Assembly: GCA_031267175.1 (NCBI GenBank)
Contig: JAIRZP010000003.1
Span: forward strand, 1-42,440
DNA: 42,440 nt
Source of the DNA: Coriobacteriales bacterium
Lineage (GTDB): Bacteria > Actinomycetota > Coriobacteriia > Coriobacteriales > UBA8131
Direction: 5' to 3'
Numbering within the stretch: the stretch's first letter is position 1; each line of letters begins with the position of its first letter. The notes beneath the pieces were generated by a model. It did no database searches and was not told where the DNA came from. It was given only the letters and a program-made list of their open reading frames with translations. Shown piece after piece: positions 14,057 to 22,179 of this stretch. The position numbers and the translations under genes were made by a program.

Positions 14057-14611
14057 TTAGGAAACAATCTCTACAATATCGGCAACCTGCTTGCCAGATG
14101 ATTTGCCGTACTCAAGCAGGGCTTTTGCAAGCATGTCGATGGCTTGCCACTGATGTGTGAGTTCTTCAGACCACTGCCGAATGAGATCAGTGCGAGTATT
14201 ACCTTGAGCGTTGCAAAACTCCTGTTCTCGCAATATCTCGTTTATTGCGGGATACCAGTCATTATGGTCGTCTCCGAGCTCATATGAATCCTTGAGACTC
14301 TCGCGATTCATCTCAATATAGTCATCAAGAGAAAGTTCGTTATTTTCTCCGCCATCCAGGCGCCATTGTTCTTGACTCTCTGCAAATACCCCAGCAAACA
14401 AGACAAAGACATCAGCATGATTTGCTGTTCCAGTGTGAGCATAGCCCAGTGTCCCGTAGTCGCTGTTAGAAATTATTGTGACTGTTCCAGCTGAACCAGG
14501 ATGCCGCAGTTCAGCCGCCACTGCATGACCAGCCTCGTGAAAGGCAATCAGCGTTAGCTCTAATTCAGACAAGCCATACGGGTTTGGGATTGCTGGATTC
14601 AACGGAGTCAC
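14057..14611 (-). CDS. Stand-alone FtsH-type (M41-like) zinc metallopeptidase domain protein, with no AAA+ module and no TM (184 aa)
   Basis: LIAFHEAGHAVAAELRHPGSAGTVTIISNSDYGTLGYAH resembles the FtsH segment AYHEAGHAIVG..P..DPVHKVTIIPRG.ALG. HEAGH is at 14525-14539. It is the last gene of the minus-strand backbone unit. Confidence 0.5.
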   Translation of the reverse strand: MTPLNPAIPNPYGLSELELTLIAFHEAGHAVAAELRHPGSAGTVTIISNSDYGTLGYAHTGTANHADVFVLFAGVFAESQEQWRLDGGENNELSLDDYIEMNRESLKDSYELGDDHNDWYPAINEILREQEFCNAQGNTRTDLIRQWSEELTHQWQAIDMLAKALLEYGKSSGKQVADIVEIVS

Positions 14612-14661
14612 CTTTCACTACGGTTTGCCGTTAAATGTATATGCAGGTCAGTGTATCAGAC

Positions 14662-16431
14662 TTAATAATTGAGTGTTCCGTAACCGAAAATCACGCTACT
14701 GTTGATGCCGTAGCTTCTGCGGTTGACGGTATTACTGCTGTTGCCCTCGATGGTGTGGACGTAGCCGCCCTCGACGTACTCCACGATGCCAACGTGGTCG
14801 CTTTCGCCGTCGCCTTGCCAGTCGAAGAATATGATGTCTCCAGGTTGGGGGCTATAGCCGCGCTCCTGAAAGCGCCCTGCATCGCGAAACCACTGCACAC
14901 CAGAAGGAACCCATGAGAAGCGCGGAATGCTACCGGCCTCGATATAACCACATTCGTTAGCACACCAGCTGACGAAACAGGCGCACCACTCCACGCGGTT
15001 GGAAAAGCCGTACCACGACCAATAGTGCGCACCACCGGGGTTGCCGAGCTGGGATAGCGCTACCTCCACAATGTCGCCTGAGCCGGAGTGGGTACCGTAT
15101 AGCACCGACTGCCAGGCTCTGGCGTACTGGGGCGTGAGCATCTCCGTGAGAAGGTCGCACTGGCTGACGTTGAAGCCGTAAGCCGTGGCCATCTCATCTG
15201 CGGTCTTGGCCGATTGCGTGATGTAGAGGGTGCGGCGGGTGTAGACCTGCGTCTCCTCAACGATGGTGCCGTCGTCCTGCTCGACGGCGACTATCTCGGT
15301 GTACTCCCTGTCCTCGACGCGGCAGTCTATGGCGTTCATGTCCCAGTAGACCTCGCGCAGCAGCCCTTGGCGGCGCTCGTCCAAGGTGATGGCATCGAGC
15401 GGGTCGTCGGTGTTGGTGGTCGTGCGCACGGAGTAGACTGCCAGCACCTCGCGCCAAGGTGCCCTGGTACCGGAGATCATCATCTCGTCATGGGGGTTTG
15501 CAGCCCTTATCTCGTCTATCCTGCCCTGATGCTCCTGGTTGACCTCGGATACCGCTTCACGCAGCGTGGGGTTTCCGTCATCCATATCGCCGCCCGCGAA
15601 GAAGATGCCGAAGGCACTTGTCGCGATAAGCCCCACCAGGCAGATAATGAGGATAACTGCCACGGCAATCCAACCACCGGTGGCGATGGCGGAGATGAGT
15701 GATTTGATAGCGGCTACCGCCATCTTCACGAAGGTCATGATGCCCTTAACCGCCACCTTGGTTGCGGTGATCGCTGCCTTCGATGCCGCCCGTGCCGCCT
15801 GCGCGGCGTTCCTGACGGCCACCTGCGTTGCCTTGGCGGTGGCCTTTACGGCCTGTGCCGTCTGTTGCGATGTCTTGACCGCTTTGCCAGCTGCGGCTCC
15901 CGCCGTCTTGATGGACTTGGCTGTGGTCTTGACCGCCCCTTTGGCTCCCTGCTTGATAGTTCCCTTGGCGGCGTTGGCGGTGCCGGTTGCGCTGGCTGCA
16001 GCTTGTCTGCCGGTTGCAGCAGTGGCCTGTCTTGTGGTTGTCGCCGTGCGGGTCACCGTCTTCTGGGCAGCCTGCTTGGAAGCCCCTTGGGTAGTTCGCT
16101 GACGCGCAGCACCGCTGGCGTTCTGGGCAGACCGCACCCCCTGTTTAGCGGCCTTTGCCGCATGGCGCACATCGCGGATTTTGCCTATGGCTTTGCCGGT
16201 TCCGTCGGTCGTAGCCTTCCGCGCCGCACCTGTGCTGTCCTTGGCAACCTGCTCGACCTTGCTCTGGGCGTAGTCGATGCTGTCGCGGTACTGCTGTTCA
16301 GGCGGCTCGCTTCTCTCCGCCACGTCCTTGACCTTGGCGTGGGCGTCGCGCACGGCGGCAAGCCCGGCTTGCCTTTTGTCCAGCGCCTTGATGTCCTTTA
16401 CCACGTTACGGGTCTTGATGGTCTTTCCCAT
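14662..16431 (-). CDS. Conjugation-associated cell-wall hydrolase with a C-terminal CHAP/NlpC-P60 domain (589 aa)
   Basis: CAGGAG lies upstream of ATG 16431. An Ala/Lys/Thr-rich N-terminus is followed by a TM segment (GGWIAVAVILIICLVGLIA). The C-terminus reads VEWCACFVSWCANECGY...GDIIFFDW...DHVGIVEYV...TIEGNS, a CHAP Cys/His arrangement. Confidence 0.8.
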   Translation of the reverse strand: MGKTIKTRNVVKDIKALDKRQAGLAAVRDAHAKVKDVAERSEPPEQQYRDSIDYAQSKVEQVAKDSTGAARKATTDGTGKAIGKIRDVRHAAKAAKQGVRSAQNASGAARQRTTQGASKQAAQKTVTRTATTTRQATAATGRQAAASATGTANAAKGTIKQGAKGAVKTTAKSIKTAGAAAGKAVKTSQQTAQAVKATAKATQVAVRNAAQAARAASKAAITATKVAVKGIMTFVKMAVAAIKSLISAIATGGWIAVAVILIICLVGLIATSAFGIFFAGGDMDDGNPTLREAVSEVNQEHQGRIDEIRAANPHDEMMISGTRAPWREVLAVYSVRTTTNTDDPLDAITLDERRQGLLREVYWDMNAIDCRVEDREYTEIVAVEQDDGTIVEETQVYTRRTLYITQSAKTADEMATAYGFNVSQCDLLTEMLTPQYARAWQSVLYGTHSGSGDIVEVALSQLGNPGGAHYWSWYGFSNRVEWCACFVSWCANECGYIEAGSIPRFSWVPSGVQWFRDAGRFQERGYSPQPGDIIFFDWQGDGESDHVGIVEYVEGGYVHTIEGNSSNTVNRRSYGINSSVIFGYGTLNY

Positions 16432-16508
16432 AGGTACTCCTGTTCTGATTGGGATACGGCATTTGATGTATACTTATGAAGGCAACCGTTGATGCTTGGA
16501 GACATAAA

Positions 16509-16838
16509 ATGACCAAGATGCAGATACTGCTTGATGATGAGAAGATCAGGCGCGAGCGCAAGCTCAGCCCCGTAAAGATGCAGGCGTTCATCGACTCCGT
16601 GTTCATCGACAGGTGCAGGCTTGCCAAGGATACGGACGGTTTCTACACCGGCACCGGCGACAGCGGCGACCTGATGCGCTTCGGCCAGGCCAACTACCTT
16701 TTGAGCAGCCAGCCCTGGTTTTTGGACAACGTGAAGAGTTGGGTGTTTTACAGCAACGACGACACGGATGACCCCGACGAGTACGTCGTGGAGGACGTGA
16801 AGGGCTACTACCTCGGCAAGCGCCAAGCCATAGCATGA
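16509..16838 (+). CDS. Partner protein of the VapD-like gene (109 aa), copy 1; possible VapX-type antitoxin
   Basis: ATG 16509 (MTKMQILLDDEK) aligns with the start of the paralog at 38290 (MIKMQIVMDDDK), and both are 109 aa. They share GFY.G.G..D..RFG, QPWF(L/M)DNV..W.(F/Y).(S/N).DD..DP(D/E). The stop overlaps the vapD-like start (ATGA). Confidence 0.6.
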   Translation: MTKMQILLDDEKIRRERKLSPVKMQAFIDSVFIDRCRLAKDTDGFYTGTGDSGDLMRFGQANYLLSSQPWFLDNVKSWVFYSNDDTDDPDEYVVEDVKGYYLGKRQAIA

Positions 16839-17203
16839 AGACCGTTGAGCGCAAGCAGTTCAAAGCAGTCAATTTTGATTTGGTAATCAAGGAGTTGAAC
16901 AAGGAGTTCGGCGTAGGCAACCACCAGAGGGCCTATGCCAAGATTCGCCGCTTTCTGGAAAGGAATGGATTCGAGCATCGCCAGTATTCCGGCTACCGTT
17001 CCAAGAACACCATGTCTTACACCGAGCTGCTCGATGTCTGCACCCGTATGTTCGTTGCACTGCCCTGGCTCAGCCACTGCGCAAGCAGGTACGATGTGAC
17101 AAACATCGGCCGCGAGTTCGATATGCTCGGCATCATGAGGGAGCAGTTCGCTGCTCAACAATCGCTGGACATCAGCGTCTCAGTTGACCTTGCGGCAGAG
17201 TAA
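16835..17203 (+). CDS. vapD: VapD-like (Cas2-fold) virulence-associated protein D family endoribonuclease, copy 1
   Basis: KAVNFDLVIKELNKEFG...AYAKIRRFLERNGFEHRQYSGYRS...SYTELLDVCTRMFVALPWLSHCASRYDVTNIG matches the VapD pattern (Y.AFDL....L...Y....AY..I...L...GF...QGS.Y...). Confidence 0.75.
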   Translation: MKTVERKQFKAVNFDLVIKELNKEFGVGNHQRAYAKIRRFLERNGFEHRQYSGYRSKNTMSYTELLDVCTRMFVALPWLSHCASRYDVTNIGREFDMLGIMREQFAAQQSLDISVSVDLAAE

Positions 17204-17207
17204 CGGC

Positions 17208-17486
17208 TCATCTCTGGGGTTGATCGACCTTTGAGCCCGATGCGTCTGAACCATTCAGATTAGCCTTCTCCTTGCGCCGCAGCTTCTTCTCTGACTTGGC
17301 CTTTCGCTTGTCGTCTATCTCATGGAGCCAGACGTTGACCGGTGCCTTCCAGGGCTCGCTCTTGTTGGGGATGTTCTTGATCAGGCTCTTGGGGTTCAGG
17401 CCGAGGCGCTTGGCCAGCGCGATGTCATCCGCGTTCAGGCGGCACTTCTTCTTTGCCTCTTGCCACTGTGTTTCGCTATGTGCCAT
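17208..17486 (-). CDS. Small basic protein (92 aa), conserved-looking conjugative-element ORF of unknown function
   Basis: ATG 17486 (MAHSETQWQEAKKKCRL...) has GGAG upstream. The 134-aa version in the track would overlap the virB4-like 3' end. The C-terminus is Lys/Arg-rich. Confidence 0.4.
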   Translation of the reverse strand: MAHSETQWQEAKKKCRLNADDIALAKRLGLNPKSLIKNIPNKSEPWKAPVNVWLHEIDDKRKAKSEKKLRRKEKANLNGSDASGSKVDQPQR

Positions 17487-17602
17487 GTGTCCGCTCCGTT
17501 CCCTTGTTTGAGACTGTTCTTGTAATCCTGCCGGGCGCTTTCTGGCATCAAGGATATGTATCCCGCCCTGGCTTGCAGGGCGGTTTGCGATTGAGGCACC
17601 GG

Positions 17603-19966
17603 CTATTGCCACATCTCGGACGCCTTGGTAGACATCAAGCGATAGAGCTTTGTCTGTTTTGGCCAGCGGTTCACGAAAGGCACAAGCGATGAGCCGTAGC
17701 GAAGCAAGCCGCAGCCTGCGTCGGTGTTGGTGATGTAGCCCATCTGCTCGTGGGAGATATTGAGCAGCTTGGCCAGCTTCTCCCTGTCCGATGCCGCCTG
17801 GTTTAACATGACGATGAACTCGGAGTTGGAGAGCATCGTGGAGGCCAGCACGGAGTCCAGGAGGTACTCCACGTTTTGGGTCACGGCTGTTGGGTAGGCG
17901 TTGCGCTTGCGGAAGCGCCGCCAGGCGCTGTTGAAGAACGCGCCTGAGTACTCGTTCTCGAAGACGACGTGGAACTCGTCCACGAAGATATGGGTGCGCT
18001 TGCCCTGCCGCCAGTTGTCGGTGACGTGGTTGAGCATGGCATCGGTGATGACCAAGAGGCCCATAGTCTTGAGCTGCTTGCCTAAGTCCATGATGTCGTA
18101 GACGACCATGCGGTTTGCGGTGTCAACGTTGGTGGGGTGGGCGAATGCGTCCAAGGTGCCGCTCGTGAACAGCTCCAGCGAGAGCGCAAGCTCCCTGGCC
18201 TCCGGCTCGGGCTGGGCGAGCAGCTTGTCGCGCAGCACGATGAGAGTGGGCAACAAACCGCCTGCCTGCCAGTCGGCGTACACTTGAGCAGTGCAACGGT
18301 CGATGATGGACTTGGCCTGGGCGTTAAGTCCCTTGGAATCCAGCTGCTCGAAGAGCGACAGCACGAACTCGCTCTTGTCGATGACGGGGTTTCCTCCGTC
18401 GCCGTAGCCCTCCACCATGTCCAGGGCGTTGATGTGGTGCTCGCTTCCTGCCGCGATGCGGATGACCTCGCCGCCCAGGGCTTCGATAAGCGAGGCGTAC
18501 TCCCGCTCAGGGTCGCATATGATGATGTCGTCTTTGGTGGAAAGCGCCAGCACGGCGATCAGCTCCTTGGTGGAAAACGACTTGCCGGAGCCAGGCACCC
18601 CTAAGATGAAGGCGTTGGGGTTCAGCAAATTGGCCTTGTTGCACATGATGAGGTTCCTTGAGATGGCATTCTCGCCGAAGTAGATGCCGCCTGAGTCCAT
18701 TATCTCCTGCACCCTAAACGGCATCAGCACGGCCAGGCTCTCGGTGGTCAGCGTCCGCAGGGCATCAATCTTGCGGGTGCCGATGGGAAGCGCGGTGTTC
18801 AGCCCGTCCATCTGCTGGAACTTGAGCGTGGTCATGGAGCAGAGGTGCTTCCTGGCCGTGGTCTTTATCGCCTCGGTGTCTGAGTCCAGCTGCTCCAAGG
18901 TGTCTGCGGTGTGAACCAGCGTCACCACGCAAAACATCATGCGCTGGTCGCGGGTCACGAGGTCGTCTAAGAACTCTCTGCTCTCCTTGCGCTGCTGCTC
19001 CATGTCATAGGGCACCACCACGTTGTAGTTCAGGTTCTGGTTCTGCTTGCGCGTCCAGTTCGTGATGTTGGTCTCGACCCCGAGTAGGCGCTTCTCCACC
19101 TCACGCACGGCCTCGTCTGTAGGGATGGGGATGATGTCGATGGAAAGCATCAGGTTGCGGTTCAGCTCTGTCAGCTCTGAGACGAAGCTGTCCTTGAGGT
19201 AGCTGGCGAATTCGCGCAGGTACAGTACGCGCCCGTAGCGGTTGCTAACCTTGAAATAGTCAGAATCGAACTCGAAGCTGTCTGGGGCGATGGCGTCCTT
19301 GAAGCTGTGACCCTTCTTCGCGCTGTCTGTGCCGTCGTATAAGAACCGCTCCTCCTCGCCTGTGCGGTAGAAGTCGTGCAGCACCCTGAGCTTGTCTGAT
19401 GCGTCCAGCTCCACGCACTTGGAGCCGAGACGGGCAAGGTGACCTGCGATGTCGGTGGTGGTGCGCCTGAAGTAGAGCCGGGCGTCCTCGATGTTCTTGC
19501 GCTGGACGGAGACGGTCAGGTACATCTCGCGCACCATCGAGTTGGCCCCGGTGGCCTTGGCCATCAGCATCCGGTTGTACTCCTCACGATACACGTCCAG
19601 GCGGTCGCCCGCATAGGGTATGAGGATGCGCTGCTCGAAGTCCTTGGCGTTTATGCGGCGGAGCGCCACGGTGAGTTTGGTGGTCGCCGCCGTGTCGAAG
19701 CTGTTCAAAAGCTCGCTGTACTCCAAGAACAGTGCCTCTTTGTCCTCGCGTGAGGCCACGGCGTAGTTGATGTCGGAGATACGATAGGTCTTGGCAAAGA
19801 CGCCCTTGCCCACCAGCATGATGCCGTCCTCGTAGACGGTCTCGATAGGGATAGCGTCATGCACCCCCTTCACGCGCCGGAACTTCTCGCGCTCAGCCCG
19901 CCTCCTTGCCCTAAGCGTCTTTGACATGGGAGCCCACCGCCTTTCCTGTATCCTTGGCCTTGCCAC
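17603..19966 (-). CDS. VirB4-like conjugative transfer ATPase (787 aa; start may be the ATG at 19927)
   Basis: Walker A GVPGSGKSFSTKE and Walker B THIFVDEFHVVF. Its size and its position after a PrgI/TcpE-like gene are typical of Gram-positive T4SS. Confidence 0.9.
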   Translation of the reverse strand: MARPRIQERRWAPMSKTLRARRRAEREKFRRVKGVHDAIPIETVYEDGIMLVGKGVFAKTYRISDINYAVASREDKEALFLEYSELLNSFDTAATTKLTVALRRINAKDFEQRILIPYAGDRLDVYREEYNRMLMAKATGANSMVREMYLTVSVQRKNIEDARLYFRRTTTDIAGHLARLGSKCVELDASDKLRVLHDFYRTGEEERFLYDGTDSAKKGHSFKDAIAPDSFEFDSDYFKVSNRYGRVLYLREFASYLKDSFVSELTELNRNLMLSIDIIPIPTDEAVREVEKRLLGVETNITNWTRKQNQNLNYNVVVPYDMEQQRKESREFLDDLVTRDQRMMFCVVTLVHTADTLEQLDSDTEAIKTTARKHLCSMTTLKFQQMDGLNTALPIGTRKIDALRTLTTESLAVLMPFRVQEIMDSGGIYFGENAISRNLIMCNKANLLNPNAFILGVPGSGKSFSTKELIAVLALSTKDDIIICDPEREYASLIEALGGEVIRIAAGSEHHINALDMVEGYGDGGNPVIDKSEFVLSLFEQLDSKGLNAQAKSIIDRCTAQVYADWQAGGLLPTLIVLRDKLLAQPEPEARELALSLELFTSGTLDAFAHPTNVDTANRMVVYDIMDLGKQLKTMGLLVITDAMLNHVTDNWRQGKRTHIFVDEFHVVFENEYSGAFFNSAWRRFRKRNAYPTAVTQNVEYLLDSVLASTMLSNSEFIVMLNQAASDREKLAKLLNISHEQMGYITNTDAGCGLLRYGSSLVPFVNRWPKQTKLYRLMSTKASEMWQ

Positions 19967-20303
19967 GTTTCTCCTTCACAGGGTTGGCGATGGCGTCGTG
20001 GTAGAGGTTCGGCGGGAAGTAGGCCAGTTTCTTTGGTGTGAGCAGCTCGGACTTGACCCAAGCCCAGACGAACTGCTCTGCCGTCATGCCGTGGTAGGTG
20101 ATGAAGCCCACTGCGGCGAAAGGTGCCGCCCCCAGGATGCAGACCCAGGAAAGCGTCTCCAGTCCCAAGTAGGGCGAGAGCAGGAAGTACAGCCCCACTG
20201 CCGCCGCGCAAGCCAGCACGGCAAACGCACATTGCCTGAGCGAGAGCCCGAAGAACACTGATTCGGTGTAGTCGCGTATCTCGCGGTTGATCTTCACTTC
20301 CAT
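19911..20303 (-). CDS. PrgI/TcpE-like small T4SS membrane protein (130 aa)
   Basis: MEVKINREIRDYTESVFFGLSLRQ is followed by two TM helices. It lies immediately upstream of, and overlaps, the VirB4-like gene. Confidence 0.65.
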   Translation of the reverse strand: MEVKINREIRDYTESVFFGLSLRQCAFAVLACAAAVGLYFLLSPYLGLETLSWVCILGAAPFAAVGFITYHGMTAEQFVWAWVKSELLTPKKLAYFPPNLYHDAIANPVKEKRGKAKDTGKAVGSHVKDA

Positions 20304-20412
20304 AAGTGATGACCTCCTTATATTCGATTGATGGATTGATTGGGTGAGTAGTACTTACCTTGTTTTTTTGGATAGAGCCCCGTACTCTTTCGTCCCACGG
20401 GCAAAGTAAGTG

Positions 20413-21255
20413 CTACCCCGTGAACATCATCTCGCGGATAACCCTGTCGGCCATCTTCACGGTGCCGACCAGCACGAGCATGTTAAATATCAGCTCGCCC
20501 ACATATCCCCAGACCTGTGTGACCACAGGAGCCGTTGCGTCAACGGCTGGCGGGGTCGATGCGAAGAACGAGAATATGACGCAGGCAAGCACGATGATCG
20601 CGCCCTCCAAGCACACCGCCGCATAGCTCTTGATGAAGGACTTGCCTATCGACTGCGACGGCTCACCTGCGAATGACGCCAGTGGTATGGGAGCAATCGC
20701 GGAGTACAGGAAGATCTTGAAGAACCTCCCGTACACGGAAAGTATCATGATGAAGGAAAGCACCGTGACGGCAAGGCCACCGAGCAACGTTACCGCCCAA
20801 AGCGGTATCGAGTTCAGGAAGTCCACGCTCTCTATGGCTGTCACCATCTCTGACGGCAGCACCGTGTCGCCTGTGCCAGTGAAGCCCACTGCAGAAAGTA
20901 TCGTTGAGATGATGCCCTGCACGATGTCCAAAAACGCCAGCATCAGCTCCAGGCCGTAGGTGATGGCCGCCTTTGCCAGCGCGAAGCGGATGAACAGCTT
21001 GACAGCCATCTCGGGTTTCTTCACCTCTGCGAACGAGCCGCAGGTCTTGACCACGCCCACGACGAAGAACAGCACGAGCAAGGCAAGCCCTATGGCCTGC
21101 AATGCCCCGTGTATGGTCGTGATGGCGTCCCAGATGCCTCCGCCCTTGAACTCTGTCGGCGATGTGGTGAGCAGTCCCAGTATCTCTGCGAGCTTCTCGT
21201 TCCAGGTGTCGAGCGCCCCTTGCAGGTTATGCACTATCCAGTTATCTGATTCCAA
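20413..21255 (-). CDS. VirB6/TrbL-like polytopic T4SS channel protein (280 aa)
   Basis: It has 5-6 hydrophobic segments and an N-terminus (WIVHNLQGALDTWNEKLAEILGLLTTSP..GGGIWD) typical of the clostridial conjugative-element VirB6-like family. Synteny also fits. Confidence 0.65.
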   Translation of the reverse strand: MESDNWIVHNLQGALDTWNEKLAEILGLLTTSPTEFKGGGIWDAITTIHGALQAIGLALLVLFFVVGVVKTCGSFAEVKKPEMAVKLFIRFALAKAAITYGLELMLAFLDIVQGIISTILSAVGFTGTGDTVLPSEMVTAIESVDFLNSIPLWAVTLLGGLAVTVLSFIMILSVYGRFFKIFLYSAIAPIPLASFAGEPSQSIGKSFIKSYAAVCLEGAIIVLACVIFSFFASTPPAVDATAPVVTQVWGYVGELIFNMLVLVGTVKMADRVIREMMFTG

Positions 21256-21836
21256 AGTTTTCTCACCTCCTCGGGCCCCCGGCAGGTAAGGCCGATGTCG
21301 GAAGCGATCTCATCGCCCCATGCGTCCCACCCTGGCATCTTCTCACGGGCGAACAGTTCTATTCGGGAGGCATCGCCCATGAGGCTGACGATGCGCTCCC
21401 TTGTCTCGTCGGGCTTTCGGCTGTGGACACGGATAGGGCTTTCGATGACCTGATGGACACGTGCGCTGACACGCTTCGGGCTACCCTTGGTCGCAAGCAG
21501 GCAGACCTCCGCATTGGCGCGCGTCCAGTGCCCCATCCCGATAAAAAGTGAGGGTGTCTTGCGGTTGCGTTTCACCCAGACAAAAGCTGCGGTCTTATAC
21601 GTGAAGCCCCAGGCTTTGATGACTTGAAAGGCCTCCTGTATCTGGGGGAAGGTCGCCCATAAAAACAGTGCGCAGTTCTTTTCCGCTATCCTTTTGACAT
21701 CGAGTGCGCAGATGTCTTGAAGCGGCATCGTCGGGTAGTGGTGCTCTGCCGTACGCCCCTTGCCCTTTTTATTCCATACCCGGTATCGCCACGGCGGGTC
21801 GGCATAGATTATCGAGTACCTGCCCATGCCGCTCAC
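21234..21836 (-). CDS. MT-A70 family N6-adenine DNA methyltransferase (200 aa), orphan
   Basis: IIYADPPWRY carries the DPPW catalytic motif. No adjacent restriction endonuclease was seen. The gene is embedded in the T4SS operon. Confidence 0.85.
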   Translation of the reverse strand: MSGMGRYSIIYADPPWRYRVWNKKGKGRTAEHHYPTMPLQDICALDVKRIAEKNCALFLWATFPQIQEAFQVIKAWGFTYKTAAFVWVKRNRKTPSLFIGMGHWTRANAEVCLLATKGSPKRVSARVHQVIESPIRVHSRKPDETRERIVSLMGDASRIELFAREKMPGWDAWGDEIASDIGLTCRGPEEVRKLWNQITG

Positions 21837-22174
21837 CCCGTTATCAACGAGAGGATTTCCTTGGCAAAGGTTATGATTATGCCGCCAGCCAGCGTGAGAA
21901 ACCCGTTGGCGCGCTGGCTGGGGTCGTGGGACTTGAGTGACAATCCTACTTGCACCACGCCGAAGCCGAGCAGGATGAGCCCGATGGCACGGATGAGGCC
22001 GAAGATGAAGTCGGATAGGTTGTTGACGACACTGATAGGGTCGTCTGCGGCGAAGGCCAGCGTGGGGAAGGCGGCGAGCATGGCTGCCACACTGATTGCC
22101 ATAGCAATGATAAGCGCCCTGTGCTTCCTGCTCTGGGGCGCATTGTCGTCGGGGATGTTCTTGTTCTTGCCCAT
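21833..22174 (-). CDS. Maff2 family small membrane protein (113 aa)
   Basis: A signal/TM segment is followed by AFAADDPISVVNNLSDFIFGLIRAIGLILLGFGVVQVGLSLKSHDPSQR. This is the typical Maff2 layout, located next to the coupling protein gene. Confidence 0.7.
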   Translation of the reverse strand: MGKNKNIPDDNAPQSRKHRALIIAMAISVAAMLAAFPTLAFAADDPISVVNNLSDFIFGLIRAIGLILLGFGVVQVGLSLKSHDPSQRANGFLTLAGGIIITFAKEILSLITG

Positions 22175-22179
22175 AGTTC

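Noticed and set aside
15539-16479. Plus-strand ORFs (15539-16102, 15865-16479) lie opposite the CHAP hydrolase gene.
   Set aside because: They are Ala/Leu/Val-rich mirror images of the Ala/Lys/Thr-rich N-terminus of the hydrolase, with no SD.
16835-17203. The VapD-like (Cas2-fold) genes as evidence for a CRISPR-Cas locus.
   Set aside because: There is no cas1, no other cas gene and no repeat-spacer array anywhere in the window. The architecture is the stand-alone VapD two-gene type.
20304-20412. A stem plus homopolymer run between the VirB6-like and PrgI-like genes as a terminator.
   Set aside because: On the transcribed (minus) strand the stem is short and bulged and is followed by an A-run, not a U-run. 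This does not fit an intrinsic terminator.
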